Assembly: GCA_951406725.2 (NCBI GenBank)
Contig: OX597815.1
Coordinates: forward strand, 133,920,001 to 133,984,000
DNA length: 64,000 nucleotides
Direction: 5' to 3'
Source: Octopus vulgaris
Lineage: Eukaryota
Below the pieces are notes generated by a model, which had not been told where the DNA came from, did not search any database, and worked only from the letters and a program-made list of their open reading frames with translations. Within the stretch, counting starts at the first letter, position 1. Every line of letters starts with the position of its first letter. The translations under genes and the position numbers were made by a program. Below, piece by piece: positions 53,502-64,000 of this stretch.

Positions 53502-55311
53502 TTATTTTCAATCTTTTCTATCCCAACAACTATATCCTACTTGATACCCTAATCTCAGTTTTCCTTCAATTATTAACCTATAACATTTTATACTGATCAT
53601 GAATCACACTCCTCTCATAAAACTAGGAAGGCACACAAAAGTACTTTAGACATTACCCAGACCAACTCTGCCCCCAACCACACACACACACACACAAAAA
53701 TAAATAGAATAGAACTGATTCTTGGATGTATTTACTAATCTCAAACCAAAACTAATAAAACGTTACACTGCCATGTTTGTATGTATTTATCTGTCCATCC
53801 ACCCATCTATCAATCCAGAGAGAAATCTGTAATAGTAATATGAAATATAAAAAACAAAAACAATCCGTTTTATACTGTTTTGATAACCATCTTTTACCAG
53901 ACCATGGTATAGAAATGGAATATTTGGTAAAATTGTTTACATAAAAATTTTTATTATTATTGATTTTTTTTTTAAATCTCCACCCTCATGGAGATCAATA
54001 TTAACTGTTCTTTGTACTTTTAAAAAAGAAATTATTAATTTTTTAAAAAAATATTTTTGAAGCTTTGATTTATGACATCACCCTAATGCTCATTACGTCT
54101 AAATATTTCCACCCAGAATCCTAAATGTCTCTATTTTATGTAAATGAACCTTATTTTTTTATGTAATTAAGCCTCCATTTACAACTCGTGGATTCTGCTA
54201 AACGTGTAAAAGTTTGTCATTTGTTGAAAAGAGATTTATTTGTCTAATTTTACATTTTCCCTATGTGTACATTCAAATGTTAATCAGATTTTGAGTGTCC
54301 AGTGTTTCAGAAATATTTTGTGATGACCATTTCCCAAAAAGATGTTTAATTTAATGACCATGGAAAACATTGTAGAGTAAACCCAGTCTTTCTGTGAACA
54401 AAATGTTATGATGTGGGTATACATGTCTGGTGTAAAATGAAATTACACAAATAAATAGTTAGTTGTGGTTATCTAAAAATAACCTATTGCAGAAAATAAA
54501 TGTTTAACACAGAATGCACACCATATTACTCAAACATAGGTGTGATACTCAGTATTCACTGTTCAACTACAGACTGTTAAACCAACACAGTAAACCAGTA
54601 TGATCGTACTATCACTGTCAACTACCCCTGACAGTTCATTCATTTCTTATTTATTGTGGCTGAAATTTATAGAAAAGCAAATGACAAAGACAGGTGTATG
54701 AACAAGCAAGTGTATTAGTTTGACGCTCAGGAAAAATGAAAAAGTCTTTTAGGTTTTGAGTCTACACTTTTCCACAGAGAGGATTTATTGTAATCGGTTA
54801 GTCCACCTTCAGTCATATGGGGGTGTTCAGGATTCTCCTATTACACAAAGCATTGTGCAAGCACACCCATGTGGTTAAGAAGTTTGCTCCCCTGGTTGCA
54901 TGTTTGATTCCTCTGCACAGCACTTTGGGCAAGTGTTATCTTCTGTAGCCTCAGGTTAACAACTGCTTCATCATCATCATCATTTTCAATCTGCTTTCCA
55001 TGCTGGTATGGGTTGGATGATTTTGTAGAATGCAACAAATCAGGAGGATCTCTTGTTCCGGTGTCTTGGTTTTGGTGTGGTTTCTACAGCTTGATACCCT
55101 TCTTATTAGTAACCACTTTATAGAGTTTATTGGGTACATTTTTTCATGAAAACCGTTTTTCATGACTGCTCAGCATGTTGTCTCTGCTTGATTCACCAAC
55201 TATGTTACAAAGTGTACTGGGTACCTTTTTGTAGCACTAGCATGAGTGAAGTTGCCTTGTAACTTGCCAGGTCTAAGAACCCTCATGAATGATAGAGAAA
55301 ATGGCAGAGTG

Positions 55312-55351
<40 letters not shown>

Positions 55352-57327
55352 ATGAGCAATGACTATTTGATATTTTACATAAATCTTACTCTGTGAGACA
55401 CTCCTATCATCATCTGTTGTGTTGAAACCACAAGGATTTCAGCACCTTCAACAGTATTTCTTCCTTTAGTGGGTCTAAGCAGCATTGATGCTACATGGAA
55501 ATATCTGGGTCATACTATAAATATGGCCCATACTGTAACATGCTTTTCCATATCCATGTGGCCATCACACCCAACCGTGTGTAGTTATAACAACTTTAAC
55601 TATGCAACAACTAGTTTATTGTAATACTCACTGAAGATTTGGTTTTTTTATCTTTCAGATTTGATCTTTCTCTCATGTTTTTTTTTTTTTATAAGGAATG
55701 GACAGACTAAAAGTTCTATATATGAATGTACATTTAATCTTACTATAAAAGCCTTGAAAATCACAACATTATTTTAGTACCTCTCTTTCTCTTACTATAT
55801 ATATATATATATATAAAATTTATTTTATACCCTAGGGTGCAATATGTAATTTGGGTAACAGTTTTACGCAATAAAATATGTGTCAAATGGTATGATGTGT
55901 GCTGCACTAGCTAAAAATGGTAATGACTAGAAGCAGTTAAAGAAATACTGAGAGTCAGATAGATTAAACTTTTTGAAAATTAGATGTCAAAAAAAAAACG
56001 AACAAAGAATTGTTCTGAAGAAGAGAAAGCATTTCATTTTATTCTTTAAAATAGATATTAAGCTGGATGAGTGACTTGTAGTGGAGAGCAGTTGTAGAGG
56101 TAGTAGAGGTTTTATTTCATATAAATCAGATTAAGGATGTTTTACTTTTTTTTAAAGGTTTGCTTATGTTGCTTTGCTTTGCATTTTTATAAGTATTTCT
56201 AATGTCAGCAAACCAATCTGGATGTAAGGTAAATTAACAAATTGTCTTGTCATCATCTTCACTACTATCATCACCAACAACTTGACCCTCTCAGTGCTAA
56301 TTAAACTTTTGCATACTAACATGCAGATATTATTAATTTGTCAAAATTAGCTGAAATTGACTTTCCAAGTTGTGAAATTTAGAGAATTCCAGAAAATGCT
56401 TCAACATTTAAAAATGTGTTAACTCTTGTGTCTCAAGTGCATATACTTGGCTCCCTGTGCAGCAGTAAAGGTTATGAAACAATTTCTAGATAAGTATGTA
56501 ACTAAAATTTGTTAAATAAGGAATATTCTTTCAGTTTCAAATCTTAAAATTGAATGCCCAAGTTCAACAGGATAGCGGCGTAATCAGAGTTAGAAACACT
56601 GGTAGAATCTTCAATTTACTAACTCTGTGACACTAGTTTTATATAAGCAGACCTAACAGTTGTTCAACAACAGCAGCAACAATAGCAACTACAAAAGTAT
56701 AATCATTTATAGTAGCAACACCAGCGATGACAAAAAAAAAAAACTTTTGCTACTACCACTACCATCACTATTACTACTACCAGCATCATTTTTACCATTT
56801 ACAGCATCAGTAGTCTCTCTTTTCTGTTATAACAACACATCAGATCAGTTTGTTCTTTTGTGTGTAAGGCTTATGTTTATTGCTATGTGTGTAACATCTC
56901 AGAGATGTGTGTAATGTCTCAGCGATGTGTGTAATGTCTATATAATGCTGGTGCACTCGTATCTCCATTCCATTTCCCCTGCAGCAGTTCTGCTGTCAAT
57001 TAACAGAAATTACATTTATGCATCTGCAATTAGATCTTTGGAAATACTCTATTGCAATACCTGCTTCACATGTGCAAATGAAAGGAATAAATGTGAAGGG
57101 GAAGACAGAGGTATTAGAATAAGAGAGAAGAAAGGAAAAAAAAAAACTTTGAAAGAAGAATGATGTCACCCCACATCCCATCCCACAGCCTTACACACCA
57201 ACATCTTTTGCAATAGAGTGGTGGGTGGCAGGTTGGTGGTGGTGAGGACAGAAAAGTTTTTTTTCCCACCAACTGAAGCATTTCTTGCCTTCTATCCATC
57301 AATACATATACCTATCGATCTATCTAG

Positions 57328-57408
<81 letters not shown>

Positions 57409-58489
57409 CTGATCTATCTAACTATATTTATTTCTCTCTATGTATCATGCATAAATATATATTATTAGCACTGTTGCATTGCTAAATACTGGGTCTTTGG
57501 ATCCTATTGTTTCTCAGTTCTGACAATAACACCTGTTAGTTACTTCTTCAGTCACATCTTTAAGTTCAGTTCACACTTGAAACCAGCAATGTCTTTTATG
57601 TATTATGGCTTTAGAATAATATTTTTTTTTTGTTTTTAAGCCATTTTTAGTAAGGGGTGCAAATTGTTTCAACTGACCAATTATATTCATCATCATCCTT
57701 TTCCTCCTCCTCCTTCTCATCATCATCATCTGCTTTTTATGCTGACTTGGGTTGGATGGGTTAACCCAATTGGAATCAGCACATACTTGGAGTTTTGAAG
57801 TTACTACTCACTTAGGTGGGCCAGAGGGCCACATCTCACTTGTATATTTCATTTTTTTGACTTAGTATCTATGACCAATCTTCATCAGCAATGGTCACTC
57901 TTGGCAAAATAAATAAATAAAATAAGACAGTTCAATTTGTAAAGTAAGATAAGTTTGTGTGTCAGAAAGAAGAGAACCAGAATTCTTGTATTTTGAGTGG
58001 GCCCTGATATTTCACAACATGAGACATTAAGCCAAAATGTCCTGATAGACTTCTTACATTTCACAAACTTAGCTTCATTTACAAATTAAAATAATCTTGC
58101 CAATGACACATAAAAGGCACCAAGTACACTCTATGGATTGGTTGGTATTAGCAAGTGCATCCAGCTGTAGAAACCAAGCCAAAACAAACTGGAGCCTGAT
58201 CCAGCTCTCCGGCTTACCACTTCCAGCCAACACACACACATTTCTGCTTCTAAACTTATTTCAGTGAGTCATTGAAAGAAAAATGGTCTTATTTAATGAA
58301 GCAAGTAGATAAAGGAAACTTTTGAATTTAGTTTTAATTATAAAATAACATCTCTCAACAACTAAAAGCATTCTTTTTCGGCTTTAGAATTATTGCATAT
58401 ATAAACAATTGTTTTATTAAATCAAACCGTTTTTCTTTCTTGTTTTTTCATATATTTTTCGTCATTCTGTCAATCACTTGAAATTACTA

Positions 58490-59220
58490 CATGGAAGTGG
58501 GGCAAAATTGGTAACTGGGTCAGAATGAATAATTTCTGGTTTCTTGTTATTTTCTCTCATTTTGTACCATTGCATCATCTTTGGAAGTAAAATTTGATCA
58601 GTATAGGGTTCGTGGACGGGAGTAAAATTTGGTCAATATAGTTTACATAATTGCTGTTGAAGTTGAGAGTTTGAAACATAGATGACGGGTATTGTTTTCA
58701 AGAAATTTGTCCTCAAATTTGAGCTGAATATAACTGAAACAGCTAATAAAATATCTGTATAAATTTTGGTGAAGAAACTATAAAGAATAATTTATGTTGA
58801 GTCTTTAGATTTAGTTGAGTTTCATTAATTTCATATTATGTGCTATTTTTCCATAATCCTCTTTCATTTGACCAAGATATTTAAAATTTTGTTGCATTTC
58901 TGATCTTTCTGATGTCTAAGGATGGATGTTTATGTGTACGACTCTCTTTTTCAAATTTAATTCTGGAGAACTGGAAGGGTATATTTGCTTTATCTTGCCT
59001 TACCCATTTTGCCCCGCCTAAATTTGTCTAAAATTGCTCAAAAAGAACAGTGATAATTTTCTGAAATAGTGTTCTGAATATGTTATAGCTTTTACTGAAT
59101 TTAGAGGAGGTCTTTACTTCACCAATATAGTTTTGGCAAGGTAGTGAACATTTGTAAAAATTATATTTTCTTCAAAGTCAAAAATGCAGTAAATATTACT
59201 CGTTGTGCCCCACTTACTCT
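58490..59220. mobile_element. Old pogo/Tc1-type MITE with TA flanks
   Basis: TA-catggaagtggggcaaaattggtaa ... ttactcgttgtgccccacttactct-TA; internal copy of the motif ttacccattttgcccc at ~59001. Confidence 0.6.
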
Positions 59221-61641
59221 TACTGGAAAGTGGAAAAGCAGACTTTCAGAAATAGCTGTTTGAATTTCCCCATTTTTGTTGGGGTTTCCCTGTTTTTTTT
59301 TTCATGCATTGCAAAACAATGAAGAGAAGCAGTTTTAAAAGAAGAATTTTAAAATTCCATGTCTTTTAAATGTTGGTATCTCTACCCTCCCGGGGCCCAC
59401 CGAACTTGAAGTGCCTCGGGCTCCTATGGTTTAAATCCAGTCTTGGTCTTAACTTCACAGTCCATGGCTCATAAAAGAAACTGGTATCCAGCTGCAAAAC
59501 AATTGTTTCAGTAGTATTGGAAATGTTTTAATCTGTAACCCAATCTTTCAATAAAACAAAAACAAAAAAACACTCCTCAAAGCTGAGTGTCCCAGTGCCC
59601 TTAATCTAGGTGAATGGGTAAAGGGGCTTAAAAGCGTGGTGGGCCACCTCCTCAGGAAAAATTCACATTTTTCTATGCTCTGTTGTTTTATTTCCACCAA
59701 TAGCATTACTCCTGTTCTTCAACATACATACATACATATGAATGCATGCACACACACACACACAATCACATATTCTTATGTGCAGCACACATAATATATA
59801 CTCTCATATCTACATATTTACCCATATACACACAAACATCGCATATTTTTGCATAGTTTCTTAACCACACACACCACCACATATACTTACAGGCACCACA
59901 TATTACATATAAATTACCTACCTACGCATTTACCCAATATATATATGTATGTATGTATGTATGTGTGTGTGTGTGTGTGTGCATGTGTACATACGTTCAT
60001 GTGTGTGTGTATATATATGTGTGTGTGTGTGCATGTATATGTATATATAAGTGTATATATATGTGTGTGTGTGTATACATATATATATTACATACACATA
60101 CACGCATCGCATATCTTGACATAGTTTCATAACTGCACACACAGACGCATACATGTACATACATAATCACATACTTACATGCACCACATATTACATATTC
60201 TTTCATACCTACACACTTACACATACACACACACACACACACGTCTTTTGGTAATCACAGTTATGATTAGTTAATATGGGTTCTGAAGAATTCTATTTTT
60301 CTATAAGCCCCCACCACCACCACACTCCTTTCTCAGCTTCCCCAGTCATTAATCTTGTACTTCATTACCCCAGTCCTTACTGTTTGGCTGGCTTTGTAAA
60401 GGTTAAACTCATTTTTCTTCATGCTCTTTTAGCCAGCCAGTTTTCTTTTATTTGCTCTTCATTTGTATTTTTGTTGTTGTTGTTGGACTGCCACCACCCC
60501 AGTCTCCCCCCCCCCCCCCACTATGGTGTTGTTTGTCTGGCCACAACAAATATCTATACCCTACCACTTTTGTTATTCTTAAAGATGAAATAAACCAGTT
60601 TTTCTTGAAGGTATTATCAAAAAGGTCATAATGTTAGAACCATCTACTTGGAAATATCAAGGGGGTTGGGACTCAGAAATTAAGAGACAAAAAAATGATT
60701 TAAATTGTTATTTTCCAAGTCTCTGACTGAGGTTATTTTAAATGGAATGTTTAAGGCATTGGACATTAAAGTTCCTGACCTAATTTCAATTGCCAGCGGT
60801 CATTTTATTTCACTGACATGGTTAATACCTTTGGGAAAGGCATGAATGCCAGAGATGCTGGAAAACAACTAATTGGCTTGCTGTTTTTTTTATCCTTTTA
60901 CTTTCTACCCCCTCCTAACTCTACTATAACAGGCCTCAACTAGTGAATTAACTAGCTACATGCTTCTCCTACCCACATTCCTTCTATTTATCTTCACACA
61001 CATCCACGCTCTCACACACATACACACACACATGCAATCAAACACATTCTCACTCTATTTCTCTCTCTTGCTTTCCCTTTGTCTCTCCTTTGCTCTCTTA
61101 CTTCCTCCCCATCACCCTGTCTTGTTCTATTTTTCTTTTAAGAAATATTCTTCAGTCATATATTCTCAGACTGATGGAATAACAATAATTTAACAACAAA
61201 AACAAAATCACTTAGCCTGCTGACATAATCACACCACCTCCCCTCGACCTTTTTTTTGTTTTTTGCTTCTTTTTCAGAATTCCATCTCTAAATTGCTTTT
61301 TATTATATAATTACATTGTTTTAGTATATCCATTTTCTTCTATCTGCACTCAGAAATCTTTTTCTCTTCACGTTACACACAAATCAGCTTTCTCCTGCAG
61401 CCATACTTCATATATCACCTTCTTAATTCCACACTAAAATTCACCTTCTTGGACATTAAATTTCTTACCAAACTCCAACTACCAGTGGCCACTTTACTTT
61501 CACCTGGATTGCTAATACCCTGGGGAAAGGTGCAAATGCTATGGATGCTGAAAAGTCAACTAGTTGCAAAAGATTCACCAACATACTACAAATGCATATC
61601 TACACTATGTTCTTCCCTCCCTCTCTCTCTCCCTCTCTCAT

Positions 61642-61695
<54 letters not shown>

Positions 61696-62578
61696 TTAGA
61701 ACAGCTCCTACTTCTTTGAATTAACAAGCTACATGCTACTTCTTTCTACCTACCCATTGTACTTACTTGTTCTTGAGTATGACATCCTAAAACTCATATT
61801 GAGCATTTTTAACCCAATCCTTCCTTCTACCATCATTTCTACCATCCACCTGGAACCTTGTCCTTATCCATGTTTACCCCACTTCTCAACAGGAATCAAT
61901 GTGTGGAAGCACAAACTAAATAACGATTATGTCAGCCATACCTGTCTGGAAGGCCTGCAACATTTACAGGCACTGTCACTTGTCTGTATACACCACCTCC
62001 TCTTCCCCTCTGCTTCCTTTTCCACCCACCTCTCTTAAACAGTAATAAAATGTTAAAAACACATCTGAACATACCACCATAAATGCCATTTTTATGGCAT
62101 AGCAGTAGAGCTTTGTAGAAAACCAATTTTATCAATATGATGGAATAATTTTTTGATAGTCTTGAAAACATTATTCTTTTTCCTGTTGTATTGAATAATG
62201 TTCGCAAGATATATGTAAAGTGCTTGGATATTTTAGGCAAATAGTTTTATCTTTCCTTTATCCAGCGTTTTTATCACTTATTTGATTACACAGTTTTTCC
62301 TTCTTTGTATAGAAAAAGAACCAATTCCTCAGTATAAGGCTGTGGATAGCACAGTCAGTACAGTGTCAATCAAAATAGTGTGACTGTTATATCCCTTTCT
62401 ATTCTAACTTCAAATCCCACTTTGTCAGCTTTGCCTTTCCTCATTCTGGAGCTGAAGAAATAAGTATCAGTTAAATAATAATGACTTTTGTACTGATAGC
62501 ATTGAATTTCTAAGGTTGATGGAATAAAATAGGACAGAAACTGCAGCTTGACATACTTAACTCAAACTTTCTTACATG

Positions 62579-63055
62579 GCCTGAGTGCCTGGAGTTATGA
62601 TAGAAGACACATACCCAAGGTGCCATGCAGTGGGTTTGTACACAGAATTTTGTGATTATAAAGCAAAGCCCTTACACACAAGACATTGATATAACAACAC
62701 CCTGTATGGTTTGCTACTCCCAATTTTATAACAAGACTTGGATTACCCAAGGCTATAATAGAAGACATATATCCAAGGAACCATACGGAGGGTTTGAACA
62801 CAAACTTATGTGATTGCAAAGAAAAGCCCTTACACACAAGAGGTTGATATGATTGACAACACTCCAGTATGGTTTGGCACTCCTAATTTTATAACAAGAC
62901 CTAGGTTACCTGAAGGTATGACAGAAGCCACTTACCCTAGGTGCCATTCTGTGGGTTTGAATAAAGAACTGTATGATGGCATGGCACAATACCTCTGCAT
63001 GGCTTGCCACTCCCAATTTCATAACCAGACCTAAGTTGCTTAAAGGCATGATATT
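62579..63055 (-). repeat. ~160-bp tandem repeat (3 copies) containing a CORE-SINE head
   Basis: gaag.ca..t..cc.agg..ccat...g.gggtttg recurs at ~62603, 62761 and 62923, each followed by actcc.aattt.ataac.agac.t. Confidence 0.82.
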
Positions 63056-63767
63056 GAAATAATTGATAACCTCTCTTGAAGATTGTACTCCAGATGTCTT
63101 GCCACATGGCCACAGTCCAGTGACTAAAAGGAGTAGAAGAATGAAAGAATTCCTGAATGGACAAAGAACAAAGCAAAAGGAAAGAGTTCCAAGTAAAATC
63201 ACATGTCACACTGACAATTCAGTCGCACTACATTAATGCTTCATAGAAAGACACTGTGACATGATAAAGAAATATGTTATGGATGGGGGTGGCATGTAAA
63301 AAGAAAACAATATATCTTTATAAAAACAAAAGCAAGAGGTTGTGGGGGAAAAAAAAAAAAACTGCTGATTCTTCACATAATTTATCTAAAAATGGTGTAA
63401 ATTAGATTCTGTGAAACACCACAGATATGGGCAACATTATTGAATGGTGTGTTCCTTTTAAAAAATAAACATAAACAGATGTGTAAGCAAAAATAATCAA
63501 TATGTATTCTATATTCTCTTTTCAACACTTCCACTTGATTAAACACATTAAAGGTTGTTGTTGTTGTTGTTTAGATTGTGGGTGTGTGTTGTTACTTTAT
63601 AAACATGAAACAACTGTTAAATTAATGTGTGTGTATATATGTGTGCACCCACATGCTTTGTGATTCTAAAATAACAACAGCTAAATGAACATACATACAC
63701 AAACACATATAACCATAAAAATATATATGTATGTATATGTACATATACATACATACACACACACATA

Positions 63768-63820
<53 letters not shown>

Positions 63821-64000
63821 TGTTTCCTTGTGACAATAGCTTAATCTCAATATTTTCAGAAAAACTGTAATGGAAAAAAAAACAAAATTACCAAGAAATT
63901 AACAGTTTCCTTTTTTTTTCTTTCTTCTGCGTTATGTTGTGCATGTGTGTGATTGTGTATGTGTGTGGTTAGTAAATTGAGGTAAATCAAAGAAGTTGCG

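Noticed and set aside
54685-54782. Minus-strand Penelope-like terminus with hammerhead remnant
   Set aside because: Core too degenerate (ctgtggaa...ctcaaaacct) to support from this copy.

Overview
AT-rich, microsatellite-saturated eukaryotic DNA. The SINE repertoire (tRNA-headed CORE-type, Meta/MESC-like, V-domain-like and RTE-tailed SINEs) resembles what I recall from coleoid cephalopods, most likely Octopus; this is inference, not a database result. I recognise no intact protein-coding gene, and almost all ORF-track entries are microsatellite or SINE translations. The window looks like a large intron or intergenic region built from nested mobile elements: two decayed mariners, L1/Tx1, RTE and CR1 LINE fragments, Helitron/Helentron-type elements, hAT, piggyBac-type and pogo-type MITEs, and a Penelope-like terminus with a minimal hammerhead ribozyme fold. 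The best leads are that hammerhead, a long-TIR element with an 8-bp TSD and SINE-derived cargo inside a mariner, a duplicated module ending in a perfect palindrome, a ~365-bp fold-back element, and several candidate small exons. The exon calls are weak because such motifs also arise by chance in 64 kb. I did not find a novel system I can support with high confidence. SINE/LINE boundaries without a stated TSD are approximate, and only representative SINE copies are listed.
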